Below, piece after piece: positions 44,451 through 57,300 of a DNA stretch of 64,000 nt. The notes under the pieces are model-generated. The model saw only the letters and a list, made by a program, of their open reading frames with translations. It was not told the origin of the DNA and ran no database searches. Origin of the DNA: Guillardia theta CCMP2712 (Eukaryota > Protista > Cryptophyta). Position 1 is the first letter of the stretch. The number at the start of each line of letters is the position of its first letter. The DNA lies in assembly GCF_000315625.1 (NCBI RefSeq), contig NW_005434614.1, positions 440,820 to 504,819 of the forward strand, read 5' to 3'. The position numbers were made by a program, and so were the translations under genes.

Positions 44451-46663
44451 CTATAGAGATCCTGTGTTACCTTCTGGATATTGCATCCAATTACTGCTAG
44501 CCCACTTCACACCAGCTGCAGGGCCCTGTCGCAAGGTCATGAATTTGCTTGAATTCATTGATGCTACCTCAACAAGATGTAACTGGAATGTGTGACGCTC
44601 GCGCTCAGTGCGGTTTGATAATGACAGATGGTCCAGAGTTCCAGCAAAGCAAACCTGAGTATGGAGAATTGTCAAACGATTCAATCGACAGGAGAAAATG
44701 AGCAATGCTAAATGGCAAGCGAATCAAGAGCAACCAAGTGAGAGGATACGAGTGAGGCGAAGGAAAACTATGTTGAAACAATATTACCAAGTCGCCAGCC
44801 TTCACCGGAAGAGAAACAAATCCTGCCTGCAGCATGCTCAACAAATATGTGCGACTGGATCTAATCATTTCTGACCTTTTTGAGCGCCTCAACAGTCTCT
44901 TGCGAGTAGTGCGGATTTCCTCCAGGAACTTTCCCAACCCATTTCTTTGCCTCTTCATGCCTCCCTACTGTCTCGTGAGCCCATTTCAGGAAATTCATAC
45001 ATCATTAAGCTTCACCAGGTCCAGGCTCGTTCACCTCAACGGTGTTCAAGGTGATCTGTTACAACGAACGTCTCAGTGAAGCCTACAGACATCCAGCAAC
45101 AGGTCACTGAGACAGAGAGGTATGGAGGGGAATCAACCCGGGCGAAAGCAAAGGCGGGTGGAAAGGTTGCGAGGAAGGATGCGAAAGGAAGGCAAGTCGC
45201 AGGATAACATGGTTGATTGGAACAAAATGGGGACAAGAAAGAAAGGGAGAAAGACCTTTCCGCTTGTGTCAGGTTCATTCCTTAACAGCTGGGCTCGCAA
45301 AGGTTCACTGCAGAGGATATCAGGGAGGAGAGAGAATGGGTGATTAAGAATAATGGTCAGGGATGGGAATCTAAAGAGTAGCTATCATTAGAATGGTAAA
45401 AGAGGGCTATGGGAAGAGTAATTATCACCAGGATGTGGAGTGGGGAATGTCAGGAGTAAAGATCACCGGTGAGAGCCTTTGCGTGCCCAAAGGCATCCAT
45501 TCAGTTCGTCTGCTTCGTCCAATGCTAGCCACAAGCCAAGACACCTGAGCGCAAATGAGACTCGTTGCAGGCGTTAGACATGGTTGCAAACGTCTGCACT
45601 GGCTCGGTGAACAGGTATGTTGAGTCCTGATGCGACGTAACTTCTCCTCCTTGGATACCAGGGATGAGGAGGCAAGGAAGACATGTCATGTGTTCGAGCA
45701 CCTATCTTGGCTTGTTTGAAGATGTACATCGATTGCGGCAGTACAGGATCCTAGCAACCCCTCACGCGCCGCATCTCTGCAGGAAGGATACCTTGTAGCC
45801 AAGGCTCTTCACCAAGGCCTTCACCTTATCTGACTGCGCGTACTGGCGAAAGACGGGATCGATGAAATGCAGACCGTGACCAACTTTGTTGATGATGCTC
45901 GCCTTGTTGTTGAACGGCTTTACGACCCCAGTGTCCTTCACCTCAAGCCCTAAGAAGATGTCGCATGGCAGCTGAACATTACCTTGTCGACTGCCTCGGC
46001 TTCCAAGAAGAACCTGACCTGATGAGGCATGAGCGAACATGGCAAGCAACCCATCGTGTCCATCACCGTGGACGCCGAGCCCAAAAAATACTCCTGAATC
46101 AACATCATCCCATCACCGTCATCTCCATCAAAGTATCAGAGCTTGCACACCTGATTGAGTTTGTCGTTGCCGTACGTGTGGAACACTGAGCCTCTCGCCT
46201 CCTCTGGGTCCCATTGGTCGATGAGCTGTTGCATTCTTCCTGCAGATTTGGTCGGCATACCTCGCGCGTTCTAGCCTTTTACCTTTCATCTCCTTGACCT
46301 CATCTTGAGACGCAAACCCCGGTAAAACCTTGAGGTTGTTCAGTTGGTGAGAGTGAAAGTAAACAAGATCTCACGATGATTCCGTCACGTATGAAGTCCT
46401 TCACATGCTCACTGTCAGGAGAGCATTCCGCTTGCCCGGGAATGGTGTAACTGTTAACCGTCGTGAGCAAAAAAGTTCTATCTCCCAATTGCTGCTCTCA
46501 GCCCATGCAGGATCCAAAAGCGCAGATGGCATCGGCTCTCTTCCTTCTCTGCTCCTCTTGTGATGATCCACTTCTTCTGGTGTCTCTTCTCGCCCTCCTC
46601 TCGTCTTCTCTTCTCTTCCCCTACCCGCTCGCTGATCCGATCGATTCACCTGAACTGCGCCAT
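44451..46663 (-). CDS. PHYHD1: Phytanoyl-CoA dioxygenase family (PHYHD1-like 2-OG/Fe(II) oxygenase), many exons
   Basis: [45 protein letters not shown] (HxD), [55 protein letters not shown]. Confidence 0.88.
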
Positions 46664-47431
46664 GGCGCAATTTGCTTTTGCAAATTGAGGCGGGCTCGTT
46701 TTACTTTAAACATTCCACAAGTAAATCACTATTGGGTCCCATCGGCGTACGGGCCCGGCCCGGACCCGGCTGTGATCCAATTTCCATCTAGAAGGACGTA
46801 GTGCTAGAAGGGAGGGGTAGTCGGCATTTCGGTACGGGTCCTTTTACTTCGTCTTGACACGTAAATCTTGTGAGGATGGAAGCGACTTCGAGTAGGTAGG
46901 GTACTTTTACTAGGGGTGGTCAAGTATAAAGGGGGTGCGAGTTTCAATAATCCAGGGAAATGCTGCGGGATGCGAGCGGGAGAGGACGAGAAAAGGAGGC
47001 AGGAGAAGATAGAGGAGCTGTTGGTGCCTACAATGATGCTCGTGATGCCGATGAATCGAATCCGATGTGAAACAGGGAGGGTAAATACACTAGAAAGTAT
47101 TCAGTAGGCTGGGGACTGTCACGAAGGAATAGCATTCGCACAAACAACAGAAGGAGACAGAATCGGTTGTCTGGAGAAAGAAAATGAAGGGCTTTCAGCA
47201 AGTTGAATGAATATACATGAAGGGTAGATACTATGAAGGTGCACTCTAGGAAGCAGCTTGGCAAGAGATGGTTCAAATGCGTGGATGAAGAATTCCGTAG
47301 TGTTTAGATAGCAATGCTTGTGCAGGGCTGTCTGAAATGTGGACCAGTGACATCTTTGGGGTTGAGTCTGTTTCTCTTCATGTGGTTGAGCTAGCATCTT
47401 TTTATCTGGTTGTGCAGGAAACAAAACGAAG

Positions 47432-48500
47432 ATGAGAATCGGGCAATCTATCCTGCCGAGATTGCATGGCGGCATCCGAGCAATTAGATTCAACACGACA
47501 TCTGCAACTGCTTCATGTTCATCTCAATGGCTGTATCGATCAGCACAAGGGTCTGTTGGAGTTTTGCCCTGTGCGTACAAGAATGGCATGCAGAGACGAT
47601 CGCTTCGACCCAGCTTGAATGTGTTTCACGATATGCAGAGGAGCTACGTTACCGGCACGTGGGCTGCCCGCACAATGATGCCGGTTCATGCTAGGACGTT
47701 GCTTCCTTGCTTTTTCTGGAAGGAGCATCGAACGTTTACTTCAGAAGCCCCAGGTTCAGAATTGATTCTCTCTTTGACACCGATGTGCGTTGTGAGATGT
47801 GAGTTACAGCGGAAAGTCAGAAAGACAAATTCAAGAGGCTGATGCAGGTTAACAGCTGGACATCAAGGACCTCTTTTCTGAATGACCGAGATCTCAGGAA
47901 TATGGAAAAGTAGTTCTACTGTCTCATTCAACAATATGGGGGCTCTCTTTGATGGTATTTGATGCAAAGGACATCTCGTCTCTAATGATGCGATCAGGGA
48001 ACCTACGCTTTCATCCAATCCATGGATCTCACTGCCTTCATCGAGCTTCTTCCCAAGTCGTGAGTAACATTATTGAGACAACTGCTATACGACAATGTTG
48101 AAACTCCCTCAGGATCGCTTCCCATGTCGATCCATCAGCAGGCAAGTGCAATGCTATACCGTTTCCTCGTTCACAATGCTCCGATCTCAGGAGCGTTTGC
48201 GATTGCTTTCGTTCTCGTCAAGCTCACAGGGTGTGCGAGTAGTTTGAAGGGCCTTGCAGATTGATTGTGTTGCTCTGCAGCCCCGCGAGGCTCATGATCG
48301 ACTTCGCCATCACACCAACTCTCGCGGGATTTCTCAGACAGACGTGGCTCGCAGGTGGACGTCATGAAGGGTGGTCTGACATCTCGAAGAATGATGTCTT
48401 TTTAGGCCCTCTTGGCCTCAAGAAATTCACTGAAGATGATAAGAACGCTTACAAGGTCGTCGGCCGCCTGGCTCGAGATGTGGGTCAAACGAGTGCTTGA
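47432..48500 (+). CDS. FAM210/DUF1279-like mitochondrial membrane protein (spliced)
   Basis: Arg/Ser-rich N-terminal presequence; LIQQYG..; FAIAFVLVKLT|..PARLMIDFAITPTLAGFLR matches the DUF1279 C-terminal motif. Confidence 0.7.
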
Positions 48501-49059
48501 GTGATGAAACTGACTCAGTGTAGCGGATGATAGAGCGCGCGGGCCAGGGTCGAACAATAGCCAAGTTGACGTATAAGAGGATAAGAGATTCGAAACACAC
48601 GGTGAGAAAGAGTTTGTGATGAAGATGAGAGGTGACAAGATTTGATTTCAGATCAAAGCGATCTCGGTATATCTCTCATGACAAAATCAAATTTCATTGG
48701 CCTTCACTTGTGCTCATGCAAAAAAATTTGGTCTTCAAATGTGCTAATGCGGATAATGATCTTTTCCCTTCTCTGTTTCGATTTGCTCTCAACCAATGTG
48801 CCCTCAGTTGACAATCTTGTCAACCCTGCAGACTTGGAGAGAGCTGAACCGCTACCTCAATCGCCTCGATCTGGTGGGCAATCTTAAAGGCTCTTCAGCC
48901 CTTTGAACATTGCAGCAGATACGGCTTAGAGCAGAATATTCGAAATCGATAAGGAGGAAGCTAGAAAACTTGAGGTTTGTTGTTTGTTCGTTGAGCGAAA
49001 TGTCACAAACATGCAGGTCAAGATCTATGAAAAGACGGGGCAAGTAATTTATTACAGTT

Positions 49060-50565
49060 TTAATCTTTCAAGTTATGCGCATCCTTCTTCAAACTAGACA
49101 TTGCCCTCCGCAACATCGTAAAATCCATACTGATGCTTCGTTTGTCGGCACCAACATCATGCCCACCTCGTTGACAGAACTTGGAGCGCATCTCATCCAT
49201 CTCATTGCTCTTTTGCATCTGAGCAGGCTTCGTCCAAGGTCTCAATGATTCAATCCATTCTTTCCTGTTCTTGAAATTGGAAATCCGGAAATTGAACGAG
49301 CTGCCTCCTTTAACTGGGGTGAGATGGATTATGGTGAGGTCTTTCTCATCACTCTTCAAAGTCATCCCCCGCAAGCTGATGACCTCCATAGGGTCTGATG
49401 TCTCTGACTTCTTTACGTTCAGATCTCCCTCAATGCTGAGCTCACAGAAGCGCATTTCCCACTTGCAGGAGAAGAAGCACCTTGTCTTCACCTCCATCCA
49501 TCCTGACTTTAAGAAAGGAGCGGTGGGCGCAGAGGCAGACAACTCTTTCTTCTGCTTGAACAGCAGCATGAGACTCGGAGTCTTGCGCATCGGGAATGAA
49601 GACACAGACTTCTGCTTCTTGGTAGGTGCCCAAAGGTCATACAGATGTTGCTTCCGAACATCCTCGTTGGACTCACAAGCTGCTGCGATGATCTGAACTG
49701 CACTCCCGTGGTAGTTTCCTGTAGCCAACAGTGATCTTATGGATGGATGGGGTCGAGACTTTGCTTGCAAACCACATTCGATCTCATCTTTTTCCGAGAG
49801 TTCCTCTGTCAGGGGAGAATCGAGCTTCTCCGACTTTTCACTCGGGGCTTGTTCGACACTAGATGCCTCAGAGTCCATCGCTAAAATTTCCGCAGCGATC
49901 TTGCTGGGCAGCGGATTCAAGCTTCCAATACCGGCTGGCATAGATATCGATCTTGTCGAAGACTTCTGAAGAGAAGGAGCTCGGGGAAGAAATGCTGCCT
50001 TGGACGTGGGTGTTGCCGTGATGGAGAGTGCTGCACTGGCCGACACCGCCCTATCGAACGCTGCATTGTACACTGTAGAGGAGAAGGAGGAGGAGAAAGT
50101 AGAACTTTTGCTTGAGGTTGGGGATCTGGAAATAGTCGAAGCACTTGAAATCACCGAAGCCGAAGATGTAATTGACACGTTTTGCGTAGATGGCGGAAGA
50201 TTGGTGAGGTCTACCTTTGGACGAATGGGAGGTCTCCCCGTGTTGATTATTGGTGCTGGTTCCGTATTGATTGTTGATGCCAGTTCCGTATCTTTCAAGT
50301 GATTTGGTGTTGGTGAATAGCAGGAGCAGTTGTCTGATCCTTCTTTCTCTCCCGAAGGAGGGCGCGCAGCAGGAGGGAGGGGACGGATAGAACTAGCCTG
50401 CGAAGGCTTTCCAGCTTCCGGGGACCGTGATGAGGGCAACCCAGCCGGTTCAGAAGAAAGAGAGGCATGCATGGTCATGGGTGGACTTAAAGACAGAGAT
50501 TCAGCTCCCGGGGATTGCGTAGCAATAGATTCGTTCGTCGAGGAGTCGTCTCGACGTGGGACCAT
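49060..50565 (-). CDS. Single-exon Ser/Pro-rich protein with a C-terminal PH domain
   Basis: LKSGWMEVKT..KWEMRFCELS..PMEVISLRG..SFNFR..RKEWIESLR is a canonical PH pattern. Confidence 0.88.
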   Translation of the reverse strand: MVPRRDDSSTNESIATQSPGAESLSLSPPMTMHASLSSEPAGLPSSRSPEAGKPSQASSIRPLPPAARPPSGEKEGSDNCSCYSPTPNHLKDTELASTINTEPAPIINTGRPPIRPKVDLTNLPPSTQNVSITSSASVISSASTISRSPTSSKSSTFSSSFSSTVYNAAFDRAVSASAALSITATPTSKAAFLPRAPSLQKSSTRSISMPAGIGSLNPLPSKIAAEILAMDSEASSVEQAPSEKSEKLDSPLTEELSEKDEIECGLQAKSRPHPSIRSLLATGNYHGSAVQIIAAACESNEDVRKQHLYDLWAPTKKQKSVSSFPMRKTPSLMLLFKQKKELSASAPTAPFLKSGWMEVKTRCFFSCKWEMRFCELSIEGDLNVKKSETSDPMEVISLRGMTLKSDEKDLTIIHLTPVKGGSSFNFRISNFKNRKEWIESLRPWTKPAQMQKSNEMDEMRSKFCQRGGHDVGADKRSISMDFTMLRRAMSSLKKDAHNLKD

Positions 50566-51336
50566 TTTTGTTGATCTGATGCTGAATTCTCCACCTGATC
50601 AAAAGTATGCTAGAACAAAGAGAAGCCAAGGAAGAGTCTTGGTGCAATGATTTAACTATGATGTAGGCGCAATAAGGGGGAGGGGGGGGGGTTAGAGCAG
50701 CTGTATGGGGAAGGTGAGGAGAGCGTGCCGTCAGCAGGTGGGGAGAGGAAATGGGTAGGCGGAGCAGACGGCAGCAGGCGCTTGGTAATCGTACAAATCA
50801 AGTGGGGTGGGGTGGATACCTACACAGTACGGTAGGGTGGTCTGCAGCAGATAGTTGAGGGGTGCAGCTACTCCAGAGGCGAAAGGATGGGAGGATGAAC
50901 GACAATGGATGATGGGGCCATGAGGTAAGGTGTTGAAGGTCTTTAATTTTCTAATTCGATAAATGGATATAATGCCTATCCCTGGAAGTGTTGAGCCTGA
51001 GCTTTCCGAGATGATTGAGGGGTACAAGATCTCTGCGGGGTTGAAACGATTAAGATGTTTGGGTACAATGGGGTGGGGTACATTGCATTATTCTGGATAC
51101 AGGGTAGGGTCAACAATGATCTTGATCCGAGAGGGTGTAGACCAAACATGGGTGGGTATGTGTTGCCTGATGGAGTGACAGGCAATACAGCCAGGGTGGG
51201 GTAGTGAACAGTAAAGAAAGGGCTGTTCATTGTTGATTGAAGGAGACAGGGGTACCCTACCCCTCAATTGGTGAATTTTACTTCCAGTACCCTACCCCAG
51301 TTTGGTGAAGCAAGAATTCCACCTCCTAATAATGAA

Positions 51337-51407
51337 CTACTGCTAGAGGCATCGATAAAGTGCCCACCCCCCTCTACTGCTAGAGGCATCGATAAGTGCC
51401 CACCCCC
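51337..51407. repeat. 37-bp direct tandem duplication
   Basis: CTACTGCTAGAGGCATCGATAA(A)GTGCCCACCCCC starting at 51337 and 51374. Confidence 0.9.
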
Positions 51408-53084
51408 ACCCCTCGATTGCTCTCAGGCAGTACCGCAAGGGGTTAAATCGCTGAAGAGGTAAACCTCCCAAAAAAAATTAAACAATACTTATAATATTGA
51501 AATAATATTTCAAAAATTGAATATTGGTGAAAATTCCAAATTTACTCGAAGATGTTCAATAAGTTTGGCTTCTAGGGTGCACTGCGCTGATCCTAGGCCC
51601 CTGACGGACATTCCGGGAAGCGGGGGAAGGGGGTGGTGACAGCAATAACCTGGTTCGAGGTCTCTCAGGTGCGCCTTCTCCCGGTCAGCAATAGCTATCT
51701 TCTAACGCCCATGTGACTCTTCGTCCCAACTGTCCTCAGCTCTCAGCCTGTCAGTCAAGAACAAACTGATGGCACTGCCCGGCCGGCCCGGCGTGACTTT
51801 GAGTAAGTCAGTCACTGAAAAGACGGTCGGCCCCCGACCGGCATAGCGTGACTCGTGACTATGAAGACCCGCCGGGCTCGCCGGACGTCGGACTCCGGGA
51901 CGTGACTCCGTGAGCGGCGGCCGGGCTTTCCGACGATGGCCCGGCCCGGCTGCCGCTGTGCCGGGCCCGGGCCCAGGCCCGCGGGGCCGCCCGGGGGCAG
52001 GCCATGATCATGATGCCAGAGCCGCAGGGTCACTGTGAGAAGGCCAGGACTCCGCCGCGCCGGCGCGGGCGGGGGGCCCCGGGGCATGCCCGCAGTGCCG
52101 CCGCAGCCTGCCAGTGCCCGGCCGCGGCCACGGCGATGCCCGCCATGTCGGATGCGCCGCCGCAGCCTGCCGCCGGGGACCCCCCCGGGTGACCCGGTGC
52201 CACCGTTTTCCCCGGCCCGGCGAACTGAGTTCGGGCCTGACTCTGACGGGCCCGGTGCCACGGTGATGGGCGGCGGCCCGAGGGGAACTTCGGCGGCCAG
52301 CCTGGTGCGGCGGGCCGCCGCCAGCCCGGCCGGCCGGGTCACCCGGGTGGCGGCGCTGCACGCACGGTCCGTACCCCTGCGGCCGGGGCCGCCCGGGGCG
52401 GGGCTACCGTAGTACTGACCGTACCGCCGTGACCCGGTGACGGCGAGTCACAGAGTCACCCGACGGTACGCCGGGAGTCAGTAGAAGGAGGCCGGCCCTA
52501 GTGCGGTACTACGGCCCTCTCACTGAGTCTCCCGAGTACGGTCCCGAGTCCCGCCGCCGGGGCCCGGGCCGGCGGACTTGCCCAGTGCCGGGACTCTCAC
52601 GGTCCGATCAGCCTCACTATGATGCCACCCGGGGCCATGATCATCCGATCGAGTCGGTCGGCTCGGGCCGCAAGTTACTAACGGGTGACTGCGTTCTTGA
52701 ACTCGGAAGCGGCTTGTTGGCACTCCGAGCCGCCTCGCCGTTCGGAAAGCCCAGCCTTTTCCGAGTCCGACAGTCACTCAGTGTGAACAGTGACTGAGTG
52801 TGACTCGCCGCTACTGAGTGTGACTGGCCGGTACAGCCTCCCGGAGTCCCGGCGGCGTGTACTACACGGTACGGTACCAGCCGGCCGCCGGGCCGCTCAC
52901 TGCGGCGGCTTGAAATGCCCGGGCCGCAGTACTGGTTCCGATTCCGAGTTCATTCACAGACGGTAGGCCCCCCGGGCCCCCCGGCCCAGGCCTGCCGGCG
53001 GCGCTGTGACTGCCTGGCAGTGTCACGGATCGAATCACTCTAGGCTGCAATAAGTCAAGTTCCTCCATCGTTCCTGGAGCAAGC

Positions 53085-54948
53085 TGTCAGTCTGGGTTAC
53101 AACTAGTCCAAGGGTGCCACGACTTTCTGTCATTGTATTTGACGTGCGCACATTGACTTACATGTTCACGGTCCAAAAAACGACCAAATCGTAGAGGAAC
53201 TTCAGCAACAAATTCCATCTCTTCCTTTGATTCCTTTCTCAAACAAAAACATCAGACTAATACAGCAAATGTCGATAGATCGGCACACAGGATGTTGAAG
53301 TTTCAGGCGGTGAGCCCACAACATAAGTCCAGTGGGTTCAGGCCTAAGTGTCCGTCAAAACTTTCTGTGTAAACACCTGAAAGAATCATGCGTACGTCCA
53401 TTCAGGTCTTCCACAAGAAATGCCAGTGTATTTCTTATCTCCTATTATAGGGTGACCCAGTGAGAGCATGTGCTTCCGAATCTTCCGATGCCATCACTAC
53501 ATTCCGTCAGATGTTTGCAAGATATACCTGATGCTTTCTGCCTGTTTTGGGCAAGGCTTTCACCATTGTCACCCAGCCATACTTCAGACTTCGAGCATGT
53601 TTGAGTGCATAAAACGCAGTGCAGGCTGATTGATTTGCCAGGGGTAGCTCAACCGTTCCCTGCATCACAAATCAACTCCAAGGAGGCAATGCGGACCTCA
53701 CCGAGCCCTCCAGCCGACCAGCTACTATAGCAACATACTCCTTTTCCACTTTCCTACCAAGTCTCAAATGACGGCAAAGCATAACAATCTCAAACCTCGT
53801 CATAAACTGATTGGTCGCTTCTGCAGCAGCCGACCTCGTTTTTGCCGCTAACATAATTCCACCTGTTTTGCGTGAACGAGGGAGTCTCAATAAGCTAAAC
53901 ACTCAGCATTACCCGTTCCTTGGTCGAGTCGGTGGCAAGGGACAGGTCGAAACCTTAAGGATCAGCATAAAACATGAGAATATCGAAGAATCCTGACTAG
54001 TCCTTACAAGGCATCGTGAGCTGAGAGCATCAACATTCAACCGCAAACCAAATCGTGTTTCATCTCACCACAGGATGTTGGTTTCAAATTGTATGCAAGA
54101 CCGGACTTGACAGTTCCGCCCTGACATGCACTAAAATCAAACCATGACTGAGGCGTGCAATCCATGTTTTGCCTGTGAATTGCCTCTATTCCGATGGGTA
54201 AGGACACCAGCTGGCTTGACAACCACTCCGATAAAATCGTCCTGTCATTTATCACTCAGACAGACAGCGAGCTACATGATTGATGAACTTTTAGAACCTC
54301 GTAAACCACAGGCATGTCAAACGGTTTGACCCCCTGTGGAAAAAGTCCTGGCATACTGCGACTTTGAAGCAGAACAGTCTGTGCACCAGCAACATAGAAT
54401 TTTATGCCAAGTTCCTGTTTATCTGCTGATAGCACTTCCCCTCTCCGAACTGTTTTCCTGGCACTGAACACTCACTCAGAATGAAAGTCATCTCAAACTC
54501 GGACGCTATTTGTGACCTCGTCATTGATGGAAAGTCGTCTTGAAAGAAAAGATGAAGGGCAAGAGAAATACTCAATGCGCTCGTCTCTTCGTCAAACTCT
54601 CGAAGTAGATTTGATGTGTCTTGTATTCGTGGAAGAACGTCGCGCTTGACATCGAAAGCCGGGATTTCAAAGGTTTTCACGATGGAAAAACCTGTTCTAG
54701 TGCCGTTGGTGTTGACAGCGCCTATATCGTTTCCATGAGAAAACGAGTAAACGTGCGTTTGCTTTAGCCTGGCCAAGGAGAATTTAAAGTGAAATCAAGT
54801 AAAGGATCAATATAAACCTGTCAGGTATGCTTCTTTTTGACGACACCAAATTTGGTAGCTTCGGGAAGCAAAATTGCAGGGAATATTCGGAGGTGCTGAG
54901 AGTGAGGAGAAGCAGAAGACTTACATGACTAGTACTTTTCGGCCTCAT
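53085..54948 (-). CDS. RluA-family RNA pseudouridine synthase, possibly plastid-targeted (many exons; ends approximate)
   Basis: VVKPAGVLTH, CHRLDQGT|GGIML (catalytic Asp), VEKEYVAIVAG, PKTGRKHQ|IRKHMLSLGHPIIG. The N-terminus is a hydrophobic signal followed by Q-F. Confidence 0.85.
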
Positions 54949-55655
54949 CAAACTCTTTTTAAATTTGCTGGTATTCACAAGTGAGTAGGGATATTCGTTG
55001 GACCTTGCAACCGAGATACGATAAGGGTGGTGAACTATGCAATGTAGTGGGCCTAGTAGACAGGAACTCCTAATAGAAATATAGATCATAACAATGACAT
55101 AAGGTTGAATGGGAGGACAGGACTGGCAGTGACTGCTGCTGCGATAACAACCAACAACATAGCAACCCTCCAAGCCATACTGATCAAGCAGTGCTCCGAC
55201 CGCATGCTGACCGCATGTGCGAAGGAGGGATCCGATCTGAGGCGGAGGCTGTGCGACGTCATGGCACGGTAGTGAAGACTGGCACGGTACCGGGTCATGA
55301 CCGTACCGTACTGGAGTGACCGTACTGAGTCCCAGCGCCGGCCCGCGGCCGGCCCGGCGGCCGGGCGCCCGGGCGGGGGCACGTGTTATTGTGAAGTGAC
55401 CACAGATCACAGACAGTGACTCAATCTTACGCCGTAATCCGACGCCGGAAAGCCGGTGCCGCGCCGGAACGAGTCACGAGTCGGGCCTGGGCCACCGTCA
55501 CTGGCAGTTTCACTGAGTCACTGGCAATGATCATCGCCCGGCGTGAGTTTATTCAATCAGTGTACAATCCTCTTCGGAACTCCGAGGCGATTCAGCCAGA
55601 ACAGTGAGGCCGGGCTGCATCAGAGGCCGGCGCCAAACTTCAGTGGCTAGAGCGG

Positions 55656-57300
55656 CTATTGAATAACGCATTTGTTGTCCTTCTTTTTCCTGTAGACGGG
55701 GGTCTGTAAGCACACAAACCAGCCTAGCAGAAGCTGACGGCAAAAGAAGATTGACAATACCCGAACTTTTCATTCTTCCAGATCAGTTCAAGCTCTTCCA
55801 CAACCTTTCACACGCATTAAAGGACTTCCTTGCCCCATCGACTCGTCTTTTCCACGTTCCACTTACCTGATCAGCTGATGGTCTCAACTGCAGTCAAGGG
55901 TCAACCCTTCTATTACCTTCGGATAACCACACCACACAAGTGTACCTCTGGCTCTCCATCCCAGCAGCGGTTTATGAGGCTCCCAAACTCTTCCCCCAGC
56001 CTGAAACACAAGTCAATCACCAGCATGAGGGTGAAAAAGCTCGACTCGACCGCATCGCTATCTCTTCAAGAGGCGGACGCTTGCCCTGCGACGCGATCCA
56101 TTGTGATAGAACTTCAGCACCAACGCCCTATACCTCTATCAAGATCAAAAGAGCAATAGATTGCCATGTACCTCAAAAGGCTCACAGCCCATGCCAATGA
56201 ACCAAAAGATCATTCCTGAGATGGATCAAACATTGCAACAAAGTACGGCATGAATAACCTGCTGAGTAAATGTCCACCTTTTCATTGTAGTTTGGCAGAC
56301 ACTGAATAACCTAGAATAGGTAGTTAAAACATTCAAAAACGAGTTGGTAGCACGGTAGTCTGTAATATTTAGATTTACACACTTCGGGGGCCATGTACTG
56401 CAAAGTGCCTTTGTTCCCTGTCATCTGTTGGATAATGAGGAAACTCGGACAAATATCTTCTGCAATCACATTCTAACACTCACCTTGTATGGTTTGCCAT
56501 CAGCAGAGTCCTTCAGTAACGTTTTGCAAAGGCCAAAATCAGATACCTATACTACATGTGAGTAAACGTGCGGCAGTTCAAAACGTTGAGTACTTTCAGT
56601 CTCAAGTCGTCAGTTAAAAGCAAATTTGCTGGTTTGAGATCTCGATGAATGACCTGATCCGACAATAATCAACTCGAAGTAAAACAATACTAAGAACTCA
56701 CAGGAGTCGTACAGTTATGAAGATAACAGACAGCTCTTGCTAAATCCATACACCAGGTGTATGCAATCTCCATGGAGGGTCTCCCCCTATCACCAGCAAT
56801 CAGGAAGCACTCTTCCTCTGATCAACGCAGACCACCTGGATCTTGATTTAAGCTGTCGCTGCTTTGCTGCATAATCTGCAAGGTTCCCTCCAGGAAGATA
56901 CTCACTCAGGATTATTAGCGGCCCATTTCCTTTTGTGCATGCACCCAAGAACAGAACAAGATTTGGATGGCGTAAACGAGATACAGTGGACAACTCGTTG
57001 ATCATATCAGCATATTCTGAGGTTAGATATCAATCAAAGGCAAAAGAAAAGAATGACGAGCCTAACCAGCAGATGCGTTTGAATCTTGTGCTAGCTTCTT
57101 GGCCACACAATCTAATCCTCTCCAGCGACATTGATACACTATACCTCCTTCCCCTTCTCCGATCACATTTGCAAATTGGATTTCTTCACGGGGCAGCTCC
57201 CAGGCTTCAGCCTGCGCTCGCACATGTAGGGGGACAGCGTGATATTCAGAAACCAGAATGTCTGAATCGCTTCTTGATCTCTACAGGCCAAACAAAGATC
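55656..57300 (-). CDS. Second TKL-group kinase, paralog of the 42780 gene, intron-rich, ending KKKDNKCVIQ (CaaX); 5' end uncertain (up to ~57900)
   Basis: AEAWELPREEIQFANVIGEGEGG..RWRGLDCVAK, LRHPNLVLFLGAC, HNCTTP|VIHRDLKPANLLL, VSDFGLCKTL, GTLQYMAPEV, KVDIYS, CWDGEPE|LRPSA. Confidence 0.9.

Noticed and set aside
51436-51446. GGGG-TTAA resembling a piggyBac end
   Set aside because: No matching TTAA-CCCC partner end was found nearby.
51640-51700. GGTTCGA B-box suggesting a tRNA or SINE
   Set aside because: No cloverleaf or A-box could be built around it.
51812-52797. Overlapping Pro/Gly/Arg-rich ORFs on both strands
   Set aside because: They are a by-product of very high GC content with few stop codons and show no domain signal.
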